A DNA stretch of 64,000 nt from an uncultured delta proteobacterium (GCA_963737905.1 CAVTUQ010000002.1:416001-480000), one strand, 5' to 3'; numbered from the stretch's first letter, positions 48,497 through 59,061 are shown. Numbers and translations are program-made. The notes: generated by a model from the letters alone, not told the origin.

Positions 48497-49610
48497 CTAT
48501 CGCGCGGCGGACGCTTCACTGGTTTGGAGCAGATAGGCCTGAATGAATTGATCGATATCACCATCGAGAACGGCATCGGCGTTTCCCACCTCGACACCGG
48601 TGCGATGGTCTTTGACCATGCGGTAGGGATGGAGCACGTAGGATCGGATCTGGCTGCCCCAGGCGATATCCTTCTTGGTCTTGTGATAGATCTCCATCTT
48701 TTCCTTCTGTTTTTCAATCTCCAACTCGTACAAACGGGAGCGCAGAATCTTCATCGCCATTGCCCGGTTTTTATGTTGTGAGCGCTCATTCTGGCAGGCG
48801 ACCACGATTCCCGTGGGAATGTGCGTCAAACGCACCGCCGAGTCCGTCTTGTTGACATGCTGCCCGCCGGCGCCGCTGGAACGGTAGGTATCGACCCGCA
48901 GATCCGCTTCGTTGATCTCGATTTTGATGGTGTCGTCCACTTCCGGATAAACAAAAACCGACGCGAAAGAAGTGTGCCGTCGAGAATTCGCGTCAAAGGG
49001 CGAGATCCGCACGAGTCGGTGGATGCCTGCCTCCGCTTTGAGATAGCCGTAGGCGTAGTCGCCTTCCACCGTGAAAGTAACGCTCTTGACGCCGGCTTCT
49101 TCGCCCGGCTGATATTCGAGGATCTCTTTCCGATAGCCGCGGCGGTCCGCCCAGCGGAGATACAAGCGCAGCAATATTTCCGCCCAGTCCTGCGCCTCGG
49201 TTCCACCGGCACCCGGGTGAAGAGTTACAATCGCATTTCGCCGGTCGTCGGGCCCGCCAAGGAGTTGCGTAAGTTCGGTCTGGGCCATCCCTTGCGCGAC
49301 CTCGGCAACTTTCGCGGCGGCTTCGGTGAGCGCCTCTTCGCTCTTCTCATCTTTCCCTAGATCGAGAAAGAACCGGGCTTCTTCTAGAGAAGATCGATAT
49401 TTTTCCCAGGAGTCTATGACATCTTTGAGGGAGGCTTGCTCTTTGAGAATGCCTTGGGCCTTTTCGCTGTCGTTCCAGAAATCAGGCTGTGAAGTGACTG
49501 TGTTTAGTTCCTCGACGCGCTTCCGTTTCCCATCGAGGTCAAAGACGCCTCCGCAAAAGTTCGAGTCGCTCTTCCAGGTGGGCAAGTTGTTCTTTGGTTT
49601 CTTCTAACAT
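48497..49610 (-). CDS. prfB: Peptide chain release factor 2 with programmed +1 frameshift
   Basis: MLEETKEQLAHLEERLELLRRRL, then CTT TGA C; SPF recognition motif and GGQ. Confidence 0.97.
49538..49553 (-). promoter_or_regulatory. RF2 autoregulatory frameshift site
   Basis: Minus strand CGGAGG CGT CTT TGA C (internal SD plus slippery CUU-UGA). Confidence 0.93.
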
Positions 49611-49709
49611 CTCTCTAACAGCCTTTCGTTCAATACCGGGCTTGCTGTGACCTTAGTATCGCCCTGGGGCTCAGCCGTCGCTGCGATCGGCTGAAGCACC
49701 CGCAAATAA

Positions 49710-50159
49710 TTATACCTTTAATAGCCCCCGGTCACAAAGCGCACTATAGATCTTGTTCTCCAGACGGCCCGTGATCCGGGCGTCTTTCGGCGAGCGTTCG
49801 TGGTCGTACCCGAGCAGATGCACGATGCCATGAATCAAGAGTGTCACTATTTCCTCGTCCAAGGTTCGGGCTCTTTGCTTGGCCTGCTCTCTAGCCTTCT
49901 CCACTGAGATAACCACGTCCCCTAGCAGTTGCACGCCCACGGGTAACTCCTCCCCGGCGGGAAACGATAACACGTCCGTGGGATAATTCCTTTTACGAAA
50001 CTTGGCATTTAATTTTTGAATCTCCGCGTTGCCGGTCAATACCAGGCATAACTCGGCTTGATCTTGCTCGACTATCTCTAGGACTTTCCGGGCAACGTTC
50101 TTCAGTTTACGACTAGGAAACTTTTTGCCGTCATCCCTGCGGATGATTTCAACAGGCAT
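49710..50159 (-). CDS. ybeY: rRNA maturation endoribonuclease YbeY
   Basis: PTDVLSF, LGDVVIS and HGIVHLLGYDH motifs. Confidence 0.95.
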   Translation of the reverse strand: MPVEIIRRDDGKKFPSRKLKNVARKVLEIVEQDQAELCLVLTGNAEIQKLNAKFRKRNYPTDVLSFPAGEELPVGVQLLGDVVISVEKAREQAKQRARTLDEEIVTLLIHGIVHLLGYDHERSPKDARITGRLENKIYSALCDRGLLKV

Positions 50160-50202
50160 CGCGAGAGTGTAACTTTTCCTTGTTGAACTTGCGAACCAGA
50201 GG

Positions 50203-50231
50203 GTAGGAACGGGTTTGAAACCCGCCCCTAT
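50203..50231. repeat. GTAG-type REP palindrome
   Basis: GTAGGAACGGGTTTGAAACCCGCCCCTAT, intergenic. Confidence 0.65.
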
Positions 50232-50236
50232 AAATC

Positions 50237-51328
50237 CTAACGAACGTTAAAAACCTGCTGATAGGAAGCAATCAACTCATTGAGGTTGGCTCCGATGGAG
50301 GCCGGGTTCACAAAAACGAAATCTTTCTTATAAAGCTCTTGATGACGCGGGATCTGCTTTACACCCTTGCGGAGCGTTAAGCGCGGAATCTGCTGGGCCA
50401 TCAGGGACTGTGCCTCTTCCGACAAAATCCAGTCGATAAAGAGGATTGACGCGTGAGGATGGGACGATCGACGCATCAGAGCCAAGGCATTGGGCTCGGC
50501 GGGGTAAGGGTCGAACAGACGATAATCGATAGGGGCCCCTTTTTCTTTGTACTCGGTGGCCCGCCGGCCGCGCGCGGCAATAACGATTGCCGACTCGCCG
50601 GCAAGCATGAGTTGCACGCGCATGATGCTGCTGGAACCGGGTATGTGCAACTGTTGTCGGGCCAGTGCTTTCATGTACTCCAGTCCTTTCGCCTTTCCCA
50701 TCCCGTCGAGCATCACCGAGTACCAGGCATACTCATCGCTGCCCATGTTCATCTTGCCTTTCCACTTGGGAAGAAGCAAATCTTGGTAGCTGCGAGGTGC
50801 CTCGGCCTGCGACACCAACTTGGTATTGAAAGCCAACACGATGGGCGTCACCTCGAAGGACGACCAGAAACCTTCCGGGTCATAGGAACCGGCAGGGAAG
50901 GCATTGAGTTCGGGAGACAAGTACGGGGCCGAATAACCTTTCTGCTTTAACTCCCACATCTCCACCGGCGCCGATCCCACCACGTCGACCGCGAAGAGTC
51001 CGGCTCTCGCTTCCGTGTCTATCTTGGTAATGACGGTGGACTGTGATAGGCGGTTGGCTCTCACTTTGACGTAGGGAACCGCTCTCTCGAAGGCGCCGAC
51101 AATTTTGGGGAAGTCGGTCAGGCTCATCGAGGTATACCAGACCACTTCGCGTTCCTTGCGTGCGTTTTCCTCTAACACGGCTTTCCGCTGCTGGGGAGGC
51201 AAGCCGCGGACGTTCTTGAGAACGTCGTCAATCGTTGCGGCGCCTGCCGGAATAACAATGCGCAAAGCGATAAAGGTGCTCGTTGCCAGCAGACGGAGTC
51301 CATTAAATCCGGAGAACCTTCTGTTCAT
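50237..51328 (-). CDS. Extracellular solute-binding protein (Fe3+/thiamine/polyamine-type SBP), no cognate permease nearby
   Basis: Signal peptide, WYTS, YNT-like FNTKLV, DLL.PKWKG and HPHA..LFIDW.LS motifs. Confidence 0.85.
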   Translation of the reverse strand: MNRRFSGFNGLRLLATSTFIALRIVIPAGAATIDDVLKNVRGLPPQQRKAVLEENARKEREVVWYTSMSLTDFPKIVGAFERAVPYVKVRANRLSQSTVITKIDTEARAGLFAVDVVGSAPVEMWELKQKGYSAPYLSPELNAFPAGSYDPEGFWSSFEVTPIVLAFNTKLVSQAEAPRSYQDLLLPKWKGKMNMGSDEYAWYSVMLDGMGKAKGLEYMKALARQQLHIPGSSSIMRVQLMLAGESAIVIAARGRRATEYKEKGAPIDYRLFDPYPAEPNALALMRRSSHPHASILFIDWILSEEAQSLMAQQIPRLTLRKGVKQIPRHQELYKKDFVFVNPASIGANLNELIASYQQVFNVR

Positions 51329-51407
51329 CTCTTTCCTCTGAATTGGCCTCGTCTAACACTTCCGTAAAGGCTGGTCAAGGCAAGCTGCAGGGGAGCTGTA
51401 GATTTAA

Positions 51408-51436
51408 TTGACTTGCCCTGGTCGATTTGCTAGTAA
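51408..51436 (+). promoter_or_regulatory. Putative sigma70 promoter of the ferredoxin gene
   Basis: TTGACT-N17-TAGTAA with extended TG. Confidence 0.5.
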
Positions 51437-51467
51437 ACGGAAAGTTCGACTTCTTAGGAGGAATGAG

Positions 51468-51740
51468 ATGACCTATATCATTGCTGAGCCCTGCATAGGC
51501 GTGAAGGATACCGCCTGTGTCGATGTATGTCCGGTCGATTGCATCCATCCGACCAAAAATGAGACCGAAGAATTCGAGAAAGAAAACAAGCTCTATATCG
51601 ATCCTGAAGAGTGCATCGACTGTGGGGCTTGCGAGCCGGTCTGCCCCGTTGAAGCGATCTTTGAAGAGGCCGCGACTCCAGAGAAGTGGAAACAGTTTAT
51701 TCAGATCGACGCCGACTGGTTCAAAAAAAAGAAAGGCTGA
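51468..51740 (+). CDS. Dicluster (7Fe-type, FdxA-like) ferredoxin
   Basis: RBS AGGAGG; MTYIIAEPC..VKD.ACVDVCPVDCIH and CIDCGACEPVCP. Confidence 0.93.
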   Translation: MTYIIAEPCIGVKDTACVDVCPVDCIHPTKNETEEFEKENKLYIDPEECIDCGACEPVCPVEAIFEEAATPEKWKQFIQIDADWFKKKKG

Positions 51741-51774
51741 GTCTCCCGTCCCCTTGACGGTGTAAAATCAACTC

Positions 51775-51810
51775 GAAAGGCTGAGGAAATTTCCTCAGCC
51801 TTTCTTTTTC
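51775..51810 (+). terminator. Rho-independent terminator (perfect 30-bp palindrome plus T-tract)
   Basis: GAAAGGCTGAGGAAA/TTTCCTCAGCCTTTC followed by TTTTTC. Confidence 0.8.
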
Positions 51811-51888
51811 TCCCGTCTTGACTCTTCGTTAATCCCTGTTGTAGGCATAAGACCCAAGCTTTCGGCACCGCTACAGGAGCAATCTTCA

Positions 51889-52956
51889 ATGGTTCTAGTT
51901 CTCAAGAACGATCAGATGGAAAACCTACTTCCCATGGAAGAGGAAATCGACGCCATCGAACAGGCTTTTCGCGAACTGGGCCAGGGTGTTGCCATGAATG
52001 CGCCGCGTGCCCGGCTGAGAACCCCTTGGAAGGAAGAAGGCGGGCAATACTATTTCAACAACATCATGGGGCTTGTTCCCGGTGTAAAGTCAATGGCACT
52101 ACGCATCGATTCCAGTTTCTCTAAAGAAGTCCAAGTCGCCGGCAGCAAGCGCCGGGTGTATCCTGGCGACTATATCGGTCTCGTCATGTTGTTCGACATG
52201 GACACCTGCGAGATTTTGGCGATGATGGACGATCATCACATCTCCACCATGCGGGTGGGTGCCACAAGCGCTGTTGCCAGCAAATACCTCGCCCGAAAAG
52301 ATGCCAAAGTCCTGGGGCTCCTGGGGTCTGGCGAACAGGCCCGAACCCAAGTCACGGCCCATCTATCTGTGCGGCCGCTCACTAGGATCAAAGTATACAG
52401 TCCGACCAAGGACAATCGCGAGAAATTCGCCCGCGAAATGAGCGCACAAACAGGCGTCGAAGTCGTATCCGTGGCATCCGCTGAAGAAGCCGTTCGCGGC
52501 AGCGATATCGTTAGCGCCGCCACGAATACCGTCGATCCAGTCGTGCAAGGCCGCTGGCTCGAAGCAGGCATGCACGTCACCAGCCTGGTCGGCGGTGACG
52601 GCTTTTTGCCGCGCAAGGAACTCGACGACGAGGCGGTCAAACGAGCCGATCTCATCGTCGTCGGCTACAAGCCGCAAATTTTCATCGACAAACAAGCGGA
52701 GTTTCACGACCGCATCGAGCGCGGGATCATCAAAGCCGAAGATCTGCACGAGCTGGGCGAGCTTGTGAACGGCAAGTGCCGCAGTCGCAACGACGACGAA
52801 GAGATCACCTTCTTCAAGAACAATACCGGCATGGGGATTCAGTTCGCCGCCACGGCGCGAAAGATGTACGAGAAGGCCAGGGAAAAGGGCATTGGCACGG
52901 AGCTGCCACTCGATTTGTTTATGACTCGACGCGGCGATAAAGCTTACTCGCCATGA
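51889..52956 (+). CDS. Ornithine cyclodeaminase/mu-crystallin family protein
   Basis: MRVGATSA, LGSGEQA Rossmann motif, AATN and FKNNTGMGIQ. Confidence 0.88.
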   Translation: MVLVLKNDQMENLLPMEEEIDAIEQAFRELGQGVAMNAPRARLRTPWKEEGGQYYFNNIMGLVPGVKSMALRIDSSFSKEVQVAGSKRRVYPGDYIGLVMLFDMDTCEILAMMDDHHISTMRVGATSAVASKYLARKDAKVLGLLGSGEQARTQVTAHLSVRPLTRIKVYSPTKDNREKFAREMSAQTGVEVVSVASAEEAVRGSDIVSAATNTVDPVVQGRWLEAGMHVTSLVGGDGFLPRKELDDEAVKRADLIVVGYKPQIFIDKQAEFHDRIERGIIKAEDLHELGELVNGKCRSRNDDEEITFFKNNTGMGIQFAATARKMYEKAREKGIGTELPLDLFMTRRGDKAYSP

Positions 52957-52989
52957 ACGGCTTGCCCTGAAGATCCTTCGAGCAAGCCC

Positions 52990-53061
52990 GGTTCAAAGTT
53001 CAATGTTCAACAGTTCAACGTTTCCGGAGTTCCCCCACCTTGAACTTTTGAACCTTGAACC
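52990..53061. repeat. Inverted heptamer tandem-repeat element (GTTCAAn)n...(nTTGAAC)n
   Basis: GTTCAAA GTTCAAT GTTCAACA GTTCAAC ... CTTGAACT TTTGAAC CTTGAAC. Confidence 0.8.
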
Positions 53062-53141
53062 AGCCGCCGTAAGTGCGACTAAGCTTCGTTTCACGGCGAG
53101 CTAACCAAGGTGCTTCAATTGAATATCAATCAGGAGGTGCG

Positions 53142-53852
53142 ATGATGCGAGAATGGGAACAGTTTTTTCCAGAAGACGAGAGAAAAATGTACGAGAAAGC
53201 CGGTTACAAAGGCAAAGACCAATTCGGCCGTAACCCCGCGCTTTTAATCATCGACGTCATCACTGGTTTTACCGGCACCCAACCGATGGATGTCATGGAC
53301 GCCATCGATGAATTTCCCACGAGTTGCGGCAAGGTCGCTTGGGACGCGCTGCCCAAAATTCAGCAGTTACTCCAGGGGTGTCGCGACGCGGACGTTCCCG
53401 TGATCTACTCCACCAGTGATCCCGACTTCAAAGCGGCCTTTGGTAATGCGACCAAGCGCGGCGTGGATGCCACGGATTTTGAAAAACTGGCAGTAGCATT
53501 TCCTGACATGATCAAACCTAAAGAGGGCGAATTCATCGTCCGCAAGGCCCGAGCCAGCGCTTTCTTCGGCACGCATTTGATCACTTATCTAGTGCGCAAG
53601 AATATCGACTGTTTACTGGTGACCGGCACCAGCACCTGCGGCTGTGTGCGCGGCACCGTCTTGGATGGCTATTCCTACGGCTACCCGGTCTTCTTGGTCG
53701 AAGAGTGTGTCTTCGATCGCTCGCGTACGTCGCACCTGGTCAATCTCTTTGAGATGAACGCCAAGTACGCAACGGTCATTCAACTAGCGGAGGCGTTGAA
53801 CTACGTGGGGCAGCTGAAGCGAGTCGAAGGCAGAAAAGCGATTGCGGGTTAA
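53142..53852 (+). CDS. Isochorismatase-family amidohydrolase (N-carbamoylsarcosine amidase/maleamate amidohydrolase-like)
   Basis: PALLIID, KARASAFFGT and GTSTCGCVR motifs; RBS AGGAGG. Confidence 0.88.
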   Translation: MMREWEQFFPEDERKMYEKAGYKGKDQFGRNPALLIIDVITGFTGTQPMDVMDAIDEFPTSCGKVAWDALPKIQQLLQGCRDADVPVIYSTSDPDFKAAFGNATKRGVDATDFEKLAVAFPDMIKPKEGEFIVRKARASAFFGTHLITYLVRKNIDCLLVTGTSTCGCVRGTVLDGYSYGYPVFLVEECVFDRSRTSHLVNLFEMNAKYATVIQLAEALNYVGQLKRVEGRKAIAG

Positions 53853-53894
53853 TGTCTCCACTGGTAGTTGAACGAAAAAACGAAACCCGTCTTT

Positions 53895-53922
53895 CGTCAT
53901 TCCTGCGGAAGCAGGAATCCAG
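53895..53922. repeat. CGTC-type REP-like palindrome
   Basis: CGTCATTCCTGC-GGAA-GCAGGAATCCAG, intergenic. Confidence 0.7.
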
Positions 53923-53970
53923 GTTTCCGACATCCGCATTTTCATAGTTCATCAACGAACGGAGGTGGAA

Positions 53971-55109
53971 ATGGCCACGGAAGCCCCTTTCCCCGAACAG
54001 GAATATCAAGATCGCTACCAGCGCGCCCAGGCGCTCATGGAGCGCGATGGCCTGGATGGTCTAATCATCTCTGAAAAGAATAACTACTGGTACTTCGCCG
54101 GTCTCATCAGTTACCAGTTGGATCACATCCAGCGACCGCAGATTTGTATTTTGCCGAAGGAACGGAAAACCAGCTGCTGCTCGTCTACGGCAACGACAAG
54201 GCGAAAGCCAAGGCACTGCCGTGGGTCGGCAAAGTGCGCGCCTATACCGACGTGCCGTTTCCTCAGGAGATGATCGCCCGCGTTATCAAGGAAATGGGAT
54301 TGGGCGAAGCCAAACTCGGCTTCGAGCTCGGCGACGATCAGCGTTTGGGTATTCCGGTAAATTATCTGTCGGGTCTCACCGAAGCTTTACCAAAGGCGCA
54401 GATCAAAGACGGCACTGCGGCGCTCACCGAAATGCGGATCCTTAAAAGCTCGCGGGAAATCGAGTTCATGCGCAAAGCCTGCGACATTTCCGTCAAAGCC
54501 TATGATCGTTGCTTACCGCTTTTAAAGCCCGGCATGACGCGGCGCGAGATCGCCGACCGGCTTTATATTTCCATGATCGAAGAAGGCGCCCATCCGCGCC
54601 ATCCCGGGTTTCTAATGCTTAACTCGTCGACCCGTTACGACGAGCGCCGTTATAACAAAGGCGACCGCATGGTCGCCGACTTCGGCGCGTGTTACGAGGG
54701 CTACTACGGCGATGTCACGCGCATGACGATCTTCGGCCAACCGACCGATGAGCACAAAAAAGATCATGAGACCGCCTGCGATGTTATTGATCTCTGTTTC
54801 GAGTCAATGCAGCCCGGCACGGCCATCGCCGAAGTGTCGCGCGTGGCGAACCGGGAATTGGTCAAGCGCCGGTATCAAGCCGTGGACAGCCCAAAACGCA
54901 TTGGCCACGGCATCGGTATGTCGCGAGCCGAACCGCCATCGCTGAACGAAGTCGAAATGGAGCTTTATCGTCCCGGGATGGTCCTCGCCCTGGAACCGAA
55001 AGTGCGCTCGGAAAAAAGCGCCGTCCATCTGGAAGAAGACGTGCTCATTACCGAGAAAGGTCCGGAGTTTCTGACCACGGGCTGCCGCGTTTTAAGCGTT
55101 GTGCCATAG
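53971..55109 (+). CDS. M24 (Xaa-Pro peptidase/creatinase-fold) hydrolase; frameshift near 54165
   Basis: Creatinase-N (EY..R..RAQ..M...GLD), KS..EI..MRKA, DFG...D.TR, GHGIG, EP and LEED motifs. Confidence 0.88.
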
Positions 55110-55111
55110 TC

Positions 55112-56107
55112 ATGGGTGCCGACGGTATTCTTTACCTGTCCAACGAGGACGTAAAAACAGTCCTCGATCTTAGCCGCGCCATTGAAATCACGGAGCAGGC
55201 GCTGCGCGATCACAGCGAAGGTCGAGTCATCTGGTCTACCCCCGAAGATCTTGCGATCAAGCCGAAACAAGGCTGGCAGTCGTGGGTGACCGGCTGTGCT
55301 CTGGCGAGCGAGCCCGTAGCCGGCTTTCGCATCCGTTCGATCAAGGCGGCCGGCGGCAGCCGGGATGCGTCGCGTCCGCCGCGCGGGCCGAGAAGAATTC
55401 TGATTCTCAGCGACCGCGAAGGCGGCGAGATTCGCGCGATCATGGACGAAGACTGGTGCCATGCCGTCCGCACCGCCGCGGCCGCAGCAGTCGCCATGCG
55501 CGTGCTCGCGCGCAAGGACTCGTCCATCATGGCGATGCTCGGCGCCGGCGACACCGCCCGCGCCGCCGTGCCGGTGATGGCCAAGGTTTTCGCTCTAAAA
55601 GAAATTCGCGTCACCTCGCGGACACCGGCGTCGCGAGAGAGCTACGCTAAAGAAATCAGCAAAGAATACGGCCTCAATGTGCGCGCGGTGGAATCGACGG
55701 AAGCCGCGCTCGACGGCGTGGATCTCGTCGTTTCGGCGACGACCACGTCAACACCGTTCGTGAAAGATCGTTGGCTCGCCAAAGGAATAACGGTTTACTC
55801 CATCGGTAAAAACCAGGAGATGGAAAGCGAAGTTTACAAGCACGCCGACAAGTTCGTCGTCGACAGCTGGCTGCACTGTAAGAACAAATCGGACATGCAA
55901 CGACTGCTGAAGGAAAATTTCCTGAGCGAAAAAGACCTCTACGCCGAGCTGCCGGAATTGCTATCCGGCAAAAAGCCGGGCCGCGAGTCCGACAAAGAGC
56001 GCATCTTCGTCCGAGCCATCGGTCTCGTCAATCAAGACATCGCGATGGCTAACGCGATTTACCAGAGCGCGCTGGAAAAAGGCATCGGGACGAGGTTGCC
56101 GTACTGA
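55112..56107 (+). CDS. Ornithine cyclodeaminase/mu-crystallin family protein (second paralog)
   Basis: RTAAAAA, LGAGDTA, SATT, KPGR and G...QDIA.A motifs. Confidence 0.88.
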   Translation: MGADGILYLSNEDVKTVLDLSRAIEITEQALRDHSEGRVIWSTPEDLAIKPKQGWQSWVTGCALASEPVAGFRIRSIKAAGGSRDASRPPRGPRRILILSDREGGEIRAIMDEDWCHAVRTAAAAAVAMRVLARKDSSIMAMLGAGDTARAAVPVMAKVFALKEIRVTSRTPASRESYAKEISKEYGLNVRAVESTEAALDGVDLVVSATTTSTPFVKDRWLAKGITVYSIGKNQEMESEVYKHADKFVVDSWLHCKNKSDMQRLLKENFLSEKDLYAELPELLSGKKPGRESDKERIFVRAIGLVNQDIAMANAIYQSALEKGIGTRLPY

Positions 56108-56540
56108 TTTAATCGATTGAAATGGCGCGCGCCTTTTCATCCTCCCAGAAAAATTTCAAAGTCGTTACACCTCGCCGGCAATCGGTAGTGAAGTTTTTAC
56201 CGAGAGAGACCTTCACAGCTTCGATCAGCTGCTCCTCCGCAGCGTGATCTGACGCACCCAGGCAAAAACGACATAAGAATAGCGACGGCCGCACTGAGGG
56301 AAGATATACAAATCATACTAACTTCCGACGACGCAAGCACGCTATCACATCAGGTTTCTGGAACAGAACGATTCAAGGCGATGCTCGATCGCAGCATCAT
56401 CCGACTTGGAGCGAGCCGACACACGGTTAAAACCTCCTGTTGCCCGATCTGTAACGCATCCCCCATCTGATGCCGCGATTTGACAATTTAATCTTAAGCC
56501 GCGAACGCATACGGCACGTTCCGTCAAAGGAAGCCGGGCT

Positions 56541-56805
56541 GTTTCAGCCACGGAAGCGGCACGCAGCTTTTCGAGTTGCTCGATCGGTTTGCTACCGAGG
56601 AGAAACCTTCGTGATTGAGCGCGGCGGGAAGCTTGTGTATGAAATGTCCCACGTGACCCGGCCCCATTCCACCGGCGCTGATCTTCTAACTTTGCTCCAT
56701 TCACTGCCGAAGCCGGATCTTGGCTATTGGGATGCGGTAGAAGAGATAACGAAACAAACGCCTGTGGTTCCTGAGTCGCCATTAGGCCCCTATCGCCCAG
56801 ACTAA
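56541..56805 (+). pseudogene. Phd/YefM-type antitoxin remnant
   Basis: Across frames VSATEAARSF.ELLDR.CYRGETFVIERGGK; no toxin gene follows. Confidence 0.6.
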
Positions 56806-56859
56806 ATTCCGATGGTAGACCCCTCGATTAAACAGCTCATGGGACCGAGACCGGGAGCG

Positions 56860-58434
56860 TCAGACCTTGTTCTTGCCGGGGGACTGGGATCCGGCCGGCT
56901 TTTTCGATCGCGTGGTTGCGCGCGCGGGTGGCTTTTTCGGAGTCGCCTTTCGCGGCACACGCGCTGCCACAGGTGCAGCGGCCTCGACGCGGCTGCGTGG
57001 ACGTCTCGGCTTGGTGCTATCGAGGGGCCCGGCCATCGTGTCGGTCGGGATCGGCTCGACATTGAACCGATCCTCCTCGGCCTCTTCTTCCAGCTCGAAT
57101 CGGTCCTTAGCTTCGACGGGTTGCGTATCCAGCGAGTCTAAGCGCCCGGCTTCGGGTTCAGCTTTCGTCACTTCTTGGGATGGGTCGATCGCGGGCGACG
57201 GTCCGGTCTGCTGCAACGCCGGCCCCTTGAACACGCGCAGGCCTCCTCGACGATCCCGCTCGAGTCGCACGAGGCCCTCGCGCTGACCTGCGCGCAGCAG
57301 ATCGATCAGCCCAGTAAACCCGTATCGCCGCTCGTCGAAGCCGCCCTCGGCGGCTCGTAAAAGCTGCTTGAAATTGCGCAAGTACATCGGCCACCGTGCC
57401 GTCGTGGCAGCGGTCAGGATCTGGCCCACCAGGCGGACCCCGTCAGCCTGATCGCCCTTCGGCACGACTGGTGCCTCGACCGGGGCGAGCTGGGACGCCT
57501 GCACGGCCTCGGCCATCACCGCCCGCGGCTCGGTCTCGGCCTCGGGCGCAGCTCCATGACCTTCGTCGGCCGTCTCTGCGACGGCGACGGGCCGGCTCGC
57601 CACGACAGCGGTCGAAGACCCGCTTTCGTCGAAATTTTCGTTCAGCTCGACCATAACGCTTCGACCGGCGTGCTTTAGCTGGACGAGACCCGATTGCGCC
57701 AGCTTCTCGACGAAATCGAGGAACGACGACGTACCATACGTCCGCTCGGAGAAAGTCGAGTCGAGCTGGAGCAGCGTGCTCTTGAGCAGGCCGATCTGCG
57801 GCGAGACTTCGCGCTCGGACAGGATCTTCAGCGCGCGCCGCACAATGGGGAACGCCTGCGCGATCGGCGCGGAGGCGGCGGGCGCTGCCGGGCGGCCGCT
57901 CCTGGCGGCCGAGCGGCGGCCTCCCGTCAGGTTCTCATAGGCGATGAACTCGTGGCAGTTGCGCTGGAGGATAGTGCTGGTGAACGCCCGGCCGCCGACG
58001 ACGAACACTTTCTTATCGTATTGCTTGAGCTTTTCGACAAGCGAGAGGAAGTCGCTGTCGCCGCCGACGATCACGTACGCGTTGATATGCGGGTGCGTGA
58101 AGGCCATTTCGAGGGCATCGAGCGCCAGGTTGATGTCGGCGCCGTTCTTGTCGCCGCCGGGCGTCAGGTTGCGCTGCACCAGGCGGATGGCGTGCTGCGT
58201 GAGGTGCCGGCTGTACTCGCCCGCGCGCGTCCAGTCGGCGTAGGCGATCTTGGTGACCACCTCGCCGCGCTCCTTTAAGGCGTCGAGGATGGCGCCAACG
58301 TCGAAATTTTCACCAAGCGTCGATTTGACGCCAATCTCGACGTTGTCGAAGTCGATGAACACCGCGATGTTGAGACGGTCCTGATTGGGCAAGGGAACTT
58401 CCTTTCGAGCTTCTACTCTGCCGACAGCTGCCAT
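56860..58434 (-). CDS. NYN (LabA/DUF88) RNase-domain protein with two OST-HTH/LOTUS domains and a disordered tail
   Basis: FIDFDN, KNGADI...D and GGDSDF catalytic acidic motifs; FSERTYG..SF and FDERRYGF LOTUS-like motifs. Confidence 0.88.
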   Translation of the reverse strand: MAAVGRVEARKEVPLPNQDRLNIAVFIDFDNVEIGVKSTLGENFDVGAILDALKERGEVVTKIAYADWTRAGEYSRHLTQHAIRLVQRNLTPGGDKNGADINLALDALEMAFTHPHINAYVIVGGDSDFLSLVEKLKQYDKKVFVVGGRAFTSTILQRNCHEFIAYENLTGGRRSAARSGRPAAPAASAPIAQAFPIVRRALKILSEREVSPQIGLLKSTLLQLDSTFSERTYGTSSFLDFVEKLAQSGLVQLKHAGRSVMVELNENFDESGSSTAVVASRPVAVAETADEGHGAAPEAETEPRAVMAEAVQASQLAPVEAPVVPKGDQADGVRLVGQILTAATTARWPMYLRNFKQLLRAAEGGFDERRYGFTGLIDLLRAGQREGLVRLERDRRGGLRVFKGPALQQTGPSPAIDPSQEVTKAEPEAGRLDSLDTQPVEAKDRFELEEEAEEDRFNVEPIPTDTMAGPLDSTKPRRPRSRVEAAAPVAARVPRKATPKKPPARATTRSKKPAGSQSPGKNKV

Positions 58435-59061
58435 TTCCGCCCCGCCCGGCCACCCGGTGCGATGTATCGAAAATTTAAGCCACCTGCGTTCTGACCGAAA
58501 ATTTAACGCTCAACGAGCGAGGATGTCAATCGTCAGAGAGTTGACTGAAATTCGCGGAGAGAGTCACGCGGTCTGGCCGCCACTTGGAAGATCAGGACGT
58601 TGCCGAATTCGAGTCTAAAAAGCTCCAATCTTGAAAGAGACTAGTGCTCATCTCGTTTGAAGATGGAGCGTCCTTGGCGATGAAAATGAGCGAAGAATCA
58701 AATAGCAAACAACCAAATCCCAACACCATGCCCGTGCCGAAAACCGTGGGCGTGACGATGGCGCGAGCCGGCGGGTGGTGGAGCTTTGCGGCGCCGTGAC
58801 GCCTAGCGGTTGGCATTCAGCGGGGTGGGCGTACTGCATTGATCGCCGGCTGCCGCCACTGTCAGCATGTGACTTCGAGTCCGGATGGGGTGTTTGTCGA
58901 TATCTGCGGGTAAGAGCACGAGACGAAAACTCAACAGGGCTTCGTCAGGGAAGGCGTCGCGAATATCAAATTAACAAAGCCTGGCACTATGGTTCTAACA
59001 ACATGGCGGGTCATTCGATGTTGGTTGTGGATGTGGCGTAACCGGAACTGTAAAGAAGCGT

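Noticed and set aside
49538-49553. prfB frameshift as a new recoding event or an error
   Set aside because: It is the canonical RF2 CUU-UGA autoregulatory site.
49671-49694. Hairpin between ybeY and prfB as an ncRNA
   Set aside because: A single short stem with no family features; could be a processing or termination site.
56109-56294. Short ORF with an AAEEQLIEA motif like an SBP N-terminus
   Set aside because: Similarity is limited to a few residues; at most a remnant.
58440-59050. Short overlapping ORFs upstream of the NYN gene
   Set aside because: No recognisable motifs or RBS; probably non-coding or degraded.
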